NCBI GenBank assembly: GCA_013239625.1
Contig: MU053557.1
Coordinates: 3,192,123-3,256,122, forward strand
Length of the DNA stretch: 64,000 bases
Direction: 5' to 3'
DNA from: Lama guanicoe
Taxonomy: Eukaryota
Below the pieces are notes generated by a model that saw only the letters and a list, made by a program, of their open reading frames with translations, ran no database searches and was not told the origin of the DNA. Shown here one piece after another: positions 24,874 through 37,511 of the stretch. Position 1 is the first letter of the stretch, and every line of letters begins with the position of its first letter. The position numbers were made by a program, and so were the translations under genes.

Positions 24874-25317
24874 GGTGGCGGCGGTGGCTGCAGCAGCTGC
24901 CTCCCTCCCTCCTTCTTCTGCTCCCTCTCGCCCGCGCCTTCCTCAGCGCACAGCGCCCCGAGATCAGGTGGAGCGAATGGTGCGCTGGCCGCGACCGCCG
25001 CCTCCTCTCGCCTCCGCCCCCCTCCCGGGCTCCGGCGGCGGCTGCCAGAGACAATAGTAAATCTCCCTGGTCCCCCTTTCACCCCCCGACCCCCCCGTCG
25101 CACACACCCTCCTCCACTCGCGTTCACGCCCGAGCTTTTTTTTTTCTCTTGCGCTGCCAGCTGGGACCCCGTAAGACAAGAATGGCTGATCCGCGACTCC
25201 TCCCTCTTCTCTCTTATCCCTATTGATTTTCCTCTTTGCATCTGCCTCACCCACTTTTTTTTTTCCTTTTTTTTTTTTTTTGGTGACTTGCGAGTGCGGC
25301 GGAGCCAGGTCGTTCCA

Positions 25318-25336
25318 CCGCCACCAGGGGGCGCGA
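25318..25336 (+). promoter_or_regulatory. CTCF binding motif
   Basis: CCGCCACCAGGGGGCGCGA; the core CCACCAGGGGGCGC (25321-25334) is an exact match to the canonical CTCF core consensus. Confidence 0.75.
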
Positions 25337-27829
25337 GGGACTGTTCGGGGCGGGGATGCTGCAGTCCCCGGTGTCCGGAGAGAAGCACCAGCGTCGCCCT
25401 CTTGGCCCCGGGGGCCAAGCCCAGGAAAGCGCCCACGTCTCCGAGAAGCCCTAGGTCGGATTTGCCACCTTCCCTCCCCTGATTTGGGGAAGGAGTCCGC
25501 TCCGGATTTCCCTCCCGGAACGCGCTCTCCTGGGCCACCGCGCGGGCTGGATGCGGCGGCCGCCGCCTTTGTTAAGAGCAGCCTGGGCGCCGCCTCGGCT
25601 GGTCGCCGGATGTATAAACAGCCGGCGCGATCCCTTAGAAAGCCGAGGACGGGTCAGACTTTGGGCAGCCTGGCCGGCCGCTGCGAGCCTGAGACCATGA
25701 AAATGCGGGTCAGAAAATGAGAAACAACCCACTCACTCTCGGAGGACTGCAAGGGGGCCCGGTGTCCGCTAATATCAACCGTTCTCTGTACTGTAAAAGT
25801 AATTCTCAAAATAATGTGTTTTAAAGGAACTTCACTGCCTGGCTCTCAGAATCGAAGAACGAGCGTTAACACTGCTCGGTAAGTAAAGAGTAGAAAACAC
25901 CTGCAGTGAAAAAGCAAAAGCCCTGGCCGGCTACTGCGCAGCCGTGGATGTTGTGAGGGGTCCGATGTGCGCTGTTCACAGCCCCCAGTTTACTTCAGGT
26001 AGGGCTGATAGACAAAGGTCAGTATGCCATTAGGAGCAAAAACGTGACCTTTCGGCGCTGGAACATACTAGCTTTTTGCTACCAGCTTCAATTAAACGGC
26101 CAAGGAGCCACTGTGGCTATGGTCGGATGGGGGACCTTCCTTAATACTCCTGGAAAAAAAAATCCCAAATACACCAGTTGAATAACAGCAATGACAACGA
26201 AAATGGCTTGCCATGCAAAATTATACAAACCTCTCAGGACAAGTCTCCAGTGACCACACCACCCCCTGTGGAGCGAATCCTCCCCTAAGATAAATTCTGT
26301 AGATGTCACTGAGCATGACTAGGTCTGTGTTAGAGATCTTGAATTCACGTTTCTATAACGCAGGCCACTGATCACACTTCGGGACATCTTTTCATTAACT
26401 TGAAGGCTTCCTTTGCAATAGAGAAGCTATATAAAGCAGCCACAGAAAGAGGGTTCAGAACACTCCAGCTTGGGCATTCCTTAAACCTGAAATGAACCAG
26501 CCTGGTCACATAAGCAAAGGGCAGGCTAGGCCCCCCTAAACACTCCTGCTCAAGTGAGTTAATCCAAGCAGCCGGTTATTCATGGGTAACTGGACTGAAA
26601 TGCAGTCTTCACAGGAAAAGCCCACAGCATTCTCCACTTCATTTCTGTGATACTGTGGCTTGGAGGATGAATGCCAAGCAGAGGTCACCTCCCTGTACGT
26701 TTGCAAAAAGCACAGGAGGAAAAAAGACTAAATCAAAGGCACGCCCTAAGCATTTCGCTTTGTTCTTAAAAGCATAAGTGCTTTAAGAGCACTGGCCAAG
26801 AGCTGTGAAATTACAAAGCATTCTGGGGATTGGCATGCAAATGAGCAGGATTATATTTAGAACTGAGTAAAAAGAGAATTAACTACATACTATGCAACAC
26901 TGCAGAGGTCTCTCTGAATCCTTCCCATAGATTTTACTTTCCCAAACTTGTTTGAAGGACTCTTACAAGTTCTCCTTAAGAAAAGCAAAAATATGTAGGG
27001 AACATTTACATCCTAAAGAAATACTACTGCCTTCTTTTTTTGCATTTCATGGGTTTGTCCTTTGGTTTTTGTCTTTCTTGCATCCTAATGATCTTCCTCT
27101 ATTACTGTCATTATAATCCAGAACACTGCCTACTAAATAGGTTTATACCATATTTTTGATTACTTGATGATTTTGTGTGTCTACTGTTTCAAATTACAAG
27201 ACTCGGTTAATCTCTTTGAGGTCAGTTTTGCATGCAAGAAGCCATGCAGAATAGGACTTGTGATGTGTTTCTCTGGATCAGACTGCTGTGAGAAGCCCTG
27301 CACAGGAATGCATAATAACCAGCTAATCGGTTCAAGCTGTTGCCATCAGCAGAAATGCCCGACAAACACCATTCTCCCCTCTTTCATCCACTTCAATTAT
27401 CTTTCTCTTTCTTAAATCAAAATCAAGTGTCTAAGAAGAGTCTGAAGGAAAAAAAGCCTTCCTTGGCTGTGCCTTTCTTATTCAAGGAATAAGAAGAAAG
27501 GCAGTGTTCGACACAGGATGCCTCTGTGTCTGGCCAAGAGAGTGAGGAGTGAAACCAGCATGGCTGTTTTCCACAGTAGAATGACTCTGAATGGTTTTCC
27601 TTGGATACACGGCAATACTTGGCTTTGGGTATCTCAGGAAACTATGAGAGAGGGACAGGGAGACACACAGAGATTTAATTTATGGTCCCAAAGAAAATTA
27701 ATTTTGGCTACCAAATCTACCACATCCATAGACCTCCACACCTCGGTCAAGGCTACTGTATTCTAGTTCCTCAGGCCACAGGTTTGGCAGTATCCAAACC
27801 TGGCCTTACCTCCTTCAATCTAATCCAGT

Positions 27830-28520
27830 TTGCACTCCGTATCCCATCTGTCAGGAACTACTACTGGTTCTGTCTTTTAAATACAACCACACTGTGACCC
27901 CTTGTCTTCATCTGGAAAGCTTCTCTCTGTGTCTAGACACCAACCGCTACTCCCCAGACCACTGCAGTAGCCTCCTAATCGGGCTCTCTTCTTTGCCATC
28001 AGTCATTCGTTCATTCATTCATTCTCACAATATTCACACGGTATTTAGCCTGTGTGTACTTCTTATTTTTCTAAGTACTAGTGCTACAGAGCTGAATAAT
28101 AATAACAACAATAATAATATCCCAGATCTTAAGGAGTTTCCTTTATACACTTATTCAGAAGAGTACCATCTGGGGGGAAGCGTATAGCTCAGTGGGAGAG
28201 CACATGCCTAGCATGCATGAGGTCCTGGGTTCAATCTCCAGTGCCTCCACTGAACAAACAAACAAACATAATCCCCCCAAAACAAACAAAAAACAGAAGA
28301 GCACCATCTATCACTTGTTAGGCCCCCTTCTTTGTTTTATTTATCTTCATAGTCCTTTTCACCACATGGCACATTGATTTATTACTATTATCCTCCTCAT
28401 CACTAGAATCTAAGCTCCTTGAGGGCAAGGAATGTGTCTGTTTTATCTACTCCCATGTCCTGAGTGTGTGAAACAGGGTTTTGCCCATAGAAGTTGGTCA
28501 ATAATTATTAGGTGAGTGAA
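27830..28520. mobile_element. L2 fragments in both orientations, interrupted by the SINE at 28172
   Basis: CACTGCAGTAGCCTCCTAATCGGGCTC, CATTCGTTCATTCATTCATTC, ACTAGAATCTAAGCTCCTTGAGGGCAAGG...GTGAGTGAATG. Confidence 0.65.
28172..28293 (+). mobile_element. tRNA-Ala-derived SINE (vic-1 type)
   Basis: A and B boxes; 16-bp TSD CAGAAGAG(T/C)ACCATCT at 28156-28171 and 28294-28309. Confidence 0.92.
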
Positions 28521-28625
28521 TGGAAGAGCATTTTAAACTGTGTCTGAAGAAAGAGTAAATAGAGGGAATAAGAACCTTCCTGTAATTAAAGGGCATGTGA
28601 TTAGAATCCAGAATCAAGAATATCT

Positions 28626-28930
28626 AACTCATCTATAAAACAGAAACAGATTCGCAGACATAGTAAACAATCATATGGTTACTGGGGGAAAAGGGGTGGG
28701 AAGGGATAAATTTGGGAGTTCAAGATTTGCAAATATTAACTACTATATAAAAAATAGATTAAAAAATTTCTTCTGTATAGCACAGGAAACTATTCAGTAT
28801 CTTCTAATAACGTTAATGAAAGAAAATATGAAAACAAATATGTGTATGTACATGCATGACTGGGACATTATGCTGTACACCAGAAATTGACATATTGTAA
28901 CTGACTATACTTCAATTAAAAATAAATAAT
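28626..28930 (+). mobile_element. 5'-truncated L1 3' end
   Basis: CTGTATAGCACAGGAAACTATTCAGTATCTT...GCTGTACACCAGAAATTGAC...GACTATACTTCAATTAAAAA. Confidence 0.88.
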
Positions 28931-29439
28931 CATTATCATCATTTTTTTAAAAAAATCTGTATTTGATTCTCTAAGGCTTCTTAGAGTTTTGTGATTCTAG
29001 GTTTCAGAGCAAGTGAATTCAAGATGGTGAGGAATCACTTTACTAACATGATCCAGTCACAATTCCAAGGCAACAAATGGACTCAAGAATAGCTCAGGAG
29101 AATAGATTTGGTACCTGAGCAGTGATTAGAGAGCTGTGACTTTGAAAGGAGCTGCCATCCAAGCGTAAGAGAAGATAAGAGCCTTGTGTTAAAGAATTTC
29201 TTAAAAAAAAAAAAAAGATAATTGTGTTCAGAAGAAAAACTGTGGACTAGAACCCAGAATGGTGTTCTGTTTAAAGATCTGGACCTTGGAGTATAGGGAC
29301 CTCAGTCCACATTCCCATTATCCATTTCCTACTCCCATGACCTTCCGCAGATTATTTCAGCTTTCTGAGCCTTGGTTATTTCATCTCTAAAATGAACATC
29401 TTACTACCTACTTTACAGTGTTTTTGTGATGGTTTATTA

Positions 29440-31260
29440 ATTCACTCAACTAATATTTATTGAGTGCCTATTATGGGTATCTAGGCACTAGGGATACAAA
29501 TATTTGAATAAAACAGATGAAACCCCTGCCCTTTTGAAGCTTTCGTTCTAAGGAAGGCAGAAATCAAGAGTGAAAAATTAAGTATATAATGGCACGTGAA
29601 CTGGGGATAAATAAAGCAGGGATGGGGCAGGGAAAGTCAGAGTCATTCCAGTGTCTTGAGGAATGGGCTGGAATTTTCCATATCGGGGTCACAGAAGGCC
29701 AGGTGAGATGGTGGTCACTGGGACCAAACGGTAACCGTGGAAGCAGTAAGAAATGGTCAGATGTTGTCTATCATTCAAGGTAAAGCCAACAATCTTTGCT
29801 GATGGATTTGACTGGGCTATCAGAAAAAAGAGGAATCAGAGATTACACTAAGCAACTCAATAGACGAAGGTGAGATAAGGAAAACTGTAGGAGAAAGGGA
29901 ATTTGGGGGGGAAGTAAGGAATATGTTTGTGGACATTTCCTATTAAACATCCAAGTGAAGTGCTGCACAAGGAGGTAGATACGTGAGGTTAGGCAGCTAA
30001 GGGGAGAGCTGGCCAGAGACACAAATTTGGAGGTTGTCAGCCTGCTGGTATGGTTTAAAGTAGCAATGCTGGTTGACTGACCAAGGAAGTGAGTCGAGAT
30101 GGAGCTGCGAGGTGACTCTAAGTATCCTGAGGGGAAAGAAGCCACTGGACAAAGCCGCAGAGACAGTAGTCAGTGAGAGTGTGGGGACGCTATGAAAGCA
30201 TAGTGTTGTGAAGATCAAGAAATGGAATGATTTCCAGGAAGAGAAAGGGTTCACTTTGTTACATGCTGTTCAAAGGTTCAGGACGGTGGGAACTGAGAAT
30301 TCATCAGGGCGTGAAATCACTGAGGACCTTGAACAGAGCACCTATAAAATGACTATCTTCATGCCCACCGTACAGTGGCTGTTTTTTTCTGTACAAGTAT
30401 TAAATTATTCCAGTAATATTTCCTGAGTAGCTACTACATGGGTATGAGCACTAGAGCCGTCTTAATGAAGCTGTGGGGGGTGAAATCTGATTGGAGTGTT
30501 TCCAAGAGAAAATCGTAGTGGAATTTGGAAACACCTAGTACAGCAACTCTTTCAAGGGATTTTACGGTAGACGGGGAAGAGGATACACAGCAGGAACTAG
30601 CTGAGAAAGTGGAATCTATGAGAGAAACGGTATGGTTTATGCCAACGGGCTGATTCAGTAAGAAGAGGAAACTTCACACTGCAGGAGAGAAATGGGACAA
30701 TTGGGGTATGGTTCTTGAATAGACAACACAGGTGACACCTAGTGTTCAAACAGAGGGCTTGCCCTTAGCAAGGAGCAAGGACCGTTCCTCCCCAAGGAAC
30801 TCAGGGGAAGAGTATGTTGGCACGGAGACCAGGAAATTTCATGGAGGAAGTTTACCAAAGCTCTCTTCTGACTATGTCTGTTTTCTCTGCCATTAGCTAC
30901 GACAGTCTGGGAGAGAAGGTGTCAGAAGTTAGAGGAGGGAGGAGTTGGAATGAAATCATTTTTTAAGAGAGCAAAGAGACTAGAGAAATACGGTGTGATT
31001 ACCTGGCAACCCCAAAGATTCCCTGTAGATCGTGGTCATGAATTTAAAGAGCGCCCCGTAAGCCTGGCTGTGGCTGTTCTACGCACACATGCAGCAGGGA
31101 GGAGGCAGCGTGTGGAATTTAACAAGGGTTTCGCTAGGTGAGTGCTGAGAAGGGAGAAAGAAACCCAAGGGAGTTGAGGCTAAAGCATGGGATCTAAGCT
31201 GACTAAGACAGAAGGGAGGGCAGAGACATATAGGGGACGAAAGGACAGCGAATATATGGA
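29440..31260 (-). mobile_element. Long L2 fragment
   Basis: TTCACTCAACTAATATTTATTGAGTGCCTA...GGTAAAGCCAACAATCTTTGCTGATGGATT...ACATCCAAGTGAAG...ACAAATTTGGAGGTTGTCAGC...ACAGCAACTCTTTCAAGG. Confidence 0.78.
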
Positions 31261-32859
31261 CGATTAAGTAAGATTATTCATATAAAGCTCTTAGCACAAA
31301 GTAAGTTAACTAGATGGCAGCTATTCCTACTGTTATTTTTAATGTTCTGATAATTATTTGCTGAACTCGTGTGTGTCAGGGACCATGTCTTATTCATCTC
31401 AGTCGTCTCCAGCTCTTTCGTAAGGCTTGGAATAGAGTAGCATCAATGGGGGAAAAAATTGAATAGAGGGGAAAGCCAAGAATATTCTGTCTTCCTTGTA
31501 ACCTTCGAAACATCTAAAATAAGTGCTTAGCCATTTACACAGTTTTGACTATTAAAAATATGTTCTACTTTTTAAAAAACAAATTTATATTTTGCTAAAT
31601 TAATATGGGGAAGCATTTCCCCCTGATCCTGATTTGAAGGATGAAGAAAAACACAGACCCCAAAGAAATACAGAAGCATTTTGCAAGGGCAAAAGACACA
31701 TACCAGGCCTTTGTGAAATATATAGGCTGTTCTAATATGAATGAATAAACATGTAATCTCAGAACTGCCCATAAGTCATTTGGGTCCATTCATTTTACCT
31801 ACCTTTCAAACAAAGGAAATCTTAGTCGTATACTTCCAGTATCACAGAACGAAAATCAAAGCGGTGATTCACCTGCTATTATTAGACGTTTACATATTAG
31901 ATACACAGAAATAACCTGACAAACAATCCTATCCTCGAAACACATAAGCCAAAAAGAAAAAAAAAATAAAAAAAAATTGAGAGCCACAGAAAAGTATTCC
32001 CACAGCTTATTCTCAAATCAAACTTCTATCAGCATGAGCAAGGTATGCAAACCTGCTTCTTGCTGCATGGAGTTTCTCATGCATTTCCTCAGTGGAGGAC
32101 GATTCTGAAAGCCTCTGACCTTCTCCAAAAGCTCTGATGGCAGCTCATTCCAAAACCCCAGGAATGGCCACGCTGGCTGGGGTTAGGCAGTAAGGATGGG
32201 AGGCAGGGATGGATTACTGTGTGTTTATCTCCATCTCCCAGCACATGTTAGACACACAGGTGACGTTACATTCACACTAACATAGAAAGAAATCGTGACC
32301 ATTTTGCCTTGAAGATCACAGAGATATTACAATCTGATTCATTTATTTAAACTTCAGAAATTTTTAGAGGGCTTTGCCTTCCCAAAGTTCTTGCTGCGTG
32401 CCGCTTTCCAGCAACAAATCCCAGGTTCCCACAGCTATGGGTGTGCATGAAATTGGGAAAGAAGGCATTCCAGGGTAAAACATTTTGATTTGCAGTATTT
32501 AGGGTCAGCTGTGGGTAGAGTCTTATGTTCATTCAATTCCCTACAGGACTAGCTCCCTTTCTGACTAAAACCATTTTTGTATGTGCCATTCAGTTGAAAT
32601 ACCCATTAAAGAAAACCAGGGAGCTGAAATTGGATGCTTTTTGAGGAGTGATGAGGACTGAACTTCGTATAAATTCACAAATGATGAAATTTTATTTCAT
32701 TCATTTATTCGATGATGCATGCATAAATTTAGCAACTATTATGTAAGCTTTTTTTTAGGTCAAGATTAATGATAGAAAGTAAGCCATAGAACAAGGCTCA
32801 TCGAGGACTCTGAAACAAAAGGCAGGTGGCAGAAATCAGGTGGAGGCAATTACTATCCT

Positions 32860-34383
32860 TCCATCACAATATTGTCTCAAAAGATCTAGACTGTCCCGAC
32901 ATCTTGAAGAACATCCCATTAGGACATTCTTTTGGTGACATCATACAAATCTGACAAAATGAGCATGAAGTGCCAAGCATATTGAAGGCTTTGGTGGGAC
33001 CCATGAACCCTAGAGCATTAATGAAGGATACATGAACTTTTTAAGAGTAGAAAATAAAGTCTACAAAGATGCAGGGGCCTGACACCTGTAAAATTTTAAA
33101 AGTCCAGAGGCTATGAGCAGGTCACAACACTGCCTCTCAAGTAAAGGACAGATTATTGCATGGGGCAAATCCCTTACAAAGAAGGAAGCATAAAGCCTGG
33201 GAGGTCCATCAGACTTTAGAGACAACTTATCCGTATCTGGAAATACTTTTACAACATTTATACATGAAAGGCTGTCAGTTCTGAGTGGTGACTGGAACAG
33301 GAAAGGGCTTTGCAGCAGATCCAGGATGCAGCATAAACAGCCCTGCCCCTTTAGCCCAAAGACCCAATAGATGCTACAGCAATGGAAGTATCTGTGGTGG
33401 GAAAAGTCACCACGGGAAGGTCGTGAAGTCCCACCAGGAGTACCACAGTTTACACTCCTGGGGCTCCAGAGCCAAAGAATTAGGCACTATTTGAAAAACA
33501 GGTCCTTGAGTGCTGCTGGACCCTGGGAGAGATGGAAGGCCTGACCAGCGTCATGAAGCGTCCAAGCAGCCAGACACGTCCATCATCAGCTGGGTTCTGT
33601 CAGACCCACCGAGTCATAAGATCAGTTGGGCCAAGCACCAATCAACCATGAGAAGGGCTGCAAGGCATAAGTAAACTACCCAAAGGGGCGCTCCGATCTC
33701 CCACGTCATGCACTACTGCTGCTCCAGTTCCCTTCTGTGAGTGTACACCTGTGCTCAGCTGACGGAGGAGGAAAACACCGAAGCCTAACTTCCGGTTGGG
33801 TTGGCTTGGTCTATAGATCAACCTGAAAATAGGCCGTGAGCACTTGACAGTCCCACTCAGGGGTGGCACTGAAAGACAACGGTCAACAGATCTCTTCCCA
33901 ACTGGCCAGAGCTTCAAACAATGCACTTCAGCATCCACTTTGAAAGAAACGTGGCTCAAGGTTATATATAGTGTTGAAGTGTTCTTGGCAGTAAGGAGAA
34001 AGATGAAAGGCTAAGGGAAAGGAGAGCTTAGCTAGAAGAACATGGCAGACCTACGGGAGTGGGCATAAAGAATGAAGATATTATAGCTTGATACCCTCCA
34101 GAGAGCAACCATCGCAGGAGAGGCACTTAACAAAGAGGTAGACAAAATGACTCAGGCAGCTGACTTCAGCCACCCTCCATCATCACCCACCCCAATGTTG
34201 GCAGAGTAGGCATCTGGATGGAGTCGACACGACATGGTGACAGGCATAGAGGCTATGCAAGGAACCAACAGTCCTTCCCTTCCTTTCCCTTCCCCCGATG
34301 TCGATCCTAAGAACACCCCCTAATAAATTTCTTGCATCTTATTCTTCTCGGCATCTGCTTTTCAGGAATCCCAACCTGCAACA
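32860..34383 (+). mobile_element. Degenerate class III (ERVL, ERV3-16A3-like) provirus remnant: pol RT, RNase H and integrase start, joined to the 3' end of an LTR16-type LTR
   Basis: Manual translation from 32862: HHNIVSKDLDCPDILKNIPLGHSFGDIIQI*QNEHEVPSILKALV (ERVL RT CHN..RRDLD...VHYIDDIMLIG). Later segments read KMQGP, QVKDRLLH, EW*LEQERALQQIQDAA, SWVLSDPPSHK and EALNKEVDKMTQ. 34275-34383 carries AATAAA and ends ...AGGAATCCCAACCTGCAACA like LTR16. Confidence 0.85.
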
Positions 34384-35488
34384 GTGAGGCTCCTTTATAT
34401 CTATATGGGGTGACTTTTTTTTATTTAGGCAAGATTTTTAAATGTATAGATTGCATACTCAAATTTAGATTTCTTTAAAATTGGAAAACTTGACAAGTCT
34501 AGGCTCATAGATACACCTTGGTGCCCACCAGCTAGAGTTACTGGACAGAACATGTATTTCCCAATGAACCATAATGTCTGCTGCCCCCTCTTCCTTCACA
34601 TAGCGTTGGCTTCCATGTTTTTAGGCCACCTGCGTGGCTTACAGTCACCTGAATTTCTTATATCAGACCACTTGGAGACTGAATTATTCAGGCATTAGAA
34701 ATTCTGTATCTCGAAGCCGACTTTGGTGCCTATTCGGAACTGAGAGAGCAGTGAGTTATCTCCAGGGAACTATAACCTCCTCCCCAGCCCGCCCCCACTG
34801 GGCCCTAAAGCACAGGGTTGAATCTCAGAACAGCCTGACCCTGTATTAAAAGCCAGTTTGAGAGTGTGGGCTGGAGCTGCTGGATCTCTGGTTAAGTGCA
34901 GTCAGCTTCACCTTTGGGCTGAATGGAAACACATGTGATTGGATTCAGACCTCTCTGGGTCCAGAGCAGCAGTTCACCCCCCAGAGGGGGGATGTGAGAC
35001 TCACTCTTGGATGGAGGCTCAAAATAACAAGCCAACCCCCAAGTGCAAGGCTGCAACCTCAGTTTATATTTTCCAGGTTTCCCATTCGTCTCCAGGAAGG
35101 GACTCTGGCTGCAAGTCTTTTGTGTTTTTTCCCTCCCGTTTCCTGTACTCGGAGCCAGAGCATTTCCAGAGCAAATGCTCTGGGGCCGTAGGGCCCCATC
35201 AGCCTCTGGCTGGCTCGCTGTTGTTTCAGAGAAGGAGGAATGGCAGAGACATATGCCTGAGGGTCTAGTCCCAGGTGTCCCTGAGCAAACTCCCTCAGGA
35301 GCGGGGAGTGGAAACAGGCTTCTCTCACATCACTGGTATGTCAACAAAGGAGCACTTCTTTGTAGGATGAGTCACCTGTGCGCACTGATCCCAAGAGAAA
35401 TGCTGGATTTCAGACCTTGAGATGCCCAGCATCACTGACCTGGCCCCAGGTAGAACACCTGGTTACTGTTGAAGGTCCAGGTACTCAT

Positions 35489-35530
35489 GGTTTGGTTTTG
35501 TTTTGTTTTGTTTGTTTTGTTTTGTTTTGT
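35489..35530. repeat. (GTTTT)n simple repeat
   Basis: ggtttggttttgttttgttttgtttgttttgttttgttttgt. Confidence 0.85.
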
Positions 35531-37511
35531 TGGAGACAGTGAACATAAGAGGCAGGAACCTGAGACTAAAATAGAGGAAAACTTGGATTTTCCAAATACA
35601 TTTCAAATAAGTTGACTTTGGAATGAGCCTGAAAACCTGAGCTTGCCTCATCTGTAAAATGGGTCAGCAAAACAGGTGACTGGATATGCTGACACAAACG
35701 TGAAAGAACAGGTCAGAGGACAAAGAGGAACTGATTCATTTGAAAGGAGTTGCTGATGTGTGTCATTACTGCATAGCGTGATTAGAAGAATTAGGTCCTG
35801 TAACAGTGAGGATAAAACGAGGAGAACCCCTGACCAACCAAGGACTCAGTCAAATCCTAATCCTGCCTCCCTGCTGTGATCACCTACCAAAGCAGATAAG
35901 GACTTTCTGGACTTAAGAGTACGGGATACTGAGCATCTTCCAAAAAGATACGCATAATTAATTAATGCATAGTTTTAAGACTAACCAAGTGCTGTTTTCA
36001 TCACTTCATAGCCACAAATAATTGACAGTGACCTCCAAAAACTCCAAGTATTGCTCAGGACAGAGATAACACATTTTGTTATTGACACCTGCTGGGTTTG
36101 TGCATTTCATGGGGAGTCTCTGCTGCATGACGAAAAATAACATATAACAACATGGTTAATGGAACAGTGGTTCCCTTATAGTGAGAGTTTTAAGCTAATG
36201 CCACTATGGAAAACAATTATTATAAACACCCACACATCTCTGACTCAGCTTTAATTAAAACTAGTTAAAATGGGGACCACTTTCTTTTTCCAAACAGGAG
36301 CCCTGGAAATCACCTGTAGGAGTAGATTTAAGGGACAAGGACACAAAGTTTGCCTTAAAGATCCTACTCAGATAAGGGTAGAAACTATGTTTGCCACAGA
36401 AGGCTGATTTGACTCGTTAACTCTTTGATGACAAATTTACTATGGTCTTGCTAACTGACATCTCATTCACTAGTATAAAAAGGTGGTAAAGACTCTTGGA
36501 AGGACAGAGCTAATAACACTCATATGACGTTTTTTTTCAAGTAAGATAGAAACTAAGTAGCCAATGAACTTGAGAACACAGGGAGGCTCTCTATTCTCCA
36601 TGACAACATCCACACAAGAGAAAAATATCTGAGGCAGCCAACTGCCCATCATCAGGGACAGAGCGAGGGACTGGCAGTGCTCCCCCCACCGCCCCCACCA
36701 AAACTCCTCTGACCATTGGGCCATCCTCAAGCTAACTTGACCCTGGAAGCCTTGGCCAGCGGCCCCCCACCCTGCACTCTGGAGCCGTCTGCCTGATGCC
36801 AGCAGTGTATTCTCCTTCCCCAACAGTCAGTCTCTGTACCTTGATGGCTGCTGGAGGTTGGTATCCAGAAACCTGCTTGACTGGTCCCTGGGGCCGCTGG
36901 CTTTTCTCTCCGCTTGGCAAGAATCACTGTTACCCTGAGTGTGCCCAAGTGGGCACACAGAGAGCCCTCTAGAGAGCTCAGAAATGGAATCCAACTCTGC
37001 TTGTCACACAGACTGCAGTTCTAAGCCATGTGGTGCCCACTAACAATAGTGCCCTGGACAAGTTCATCTAAACTCAGTCTCCTCCTCTGTAAAATGGGGC
37101 GATATGGTTAACTTAATGGAAAGAGGATTAGGTGAAGTAAGGGACAGTATCTAATAGCCTGTGAATGCTCCAAGACACTGGACTGATTAATCTGATCAAT
37201 TAAAACATTGCATGATGTTGCCCAGGATGCAGAGTGTTAGGGAGTGAACCCAGTCCAAAGAAAGCCGAACAAATTCTGTGGGTGTATAATTATTTGGGCA
37301 CATTTTTTCCTGGGGAGGGTGAATCTCTAGTTTTCTTCAGATTCTCAAAAGGGTGCATGACTCCATAAAGGTCAAGCATTCTCATCATTGATGTGATACT
37401 GCGTCCCAACCCTTATCTCAGGACAGACCGCTTGTCTCAGCTGCAAGCTCATTCATCCAACAGCATAGAGGGCGTCTCCACCTGAGTGAGCCACAGGCAC
37501 CCCCACCCCAC

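Larger units (their letters stand above)
23880..25990. promoter_or_regulatory. CpG island / promoter and 5' UTR of the short DPYSL3 isoform
   Basis: Dense CpG and high GC against a CpG-depleted background, core about 24340-25770. GC boxes at 24007-24017 (CCGCCCCGCCC), 25011-25020 (CCTCCGCCCC) and 25347-25355 (GGGGCGGGG). Surrounds the first coding exon. Confidence 0.9.

Noticed and set aside
25611..25720. TATA-like GTATAAAC followed by a + strand ATG as a divergent gene
   Set aside because: The ATG at about 25697 opens only a 7-codon frame and no splice structure is evident; divergent non-coding transcription cannot be judged from sequence alone.
24800..25732. Long overlapping ORFs (235, 206 and 165 aa) in the CpG island
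   Set aside because: Low-complexity G/R/P/A and poly-K/F translations typical of stop-poor GC-rich DNA; no recognisable domain.
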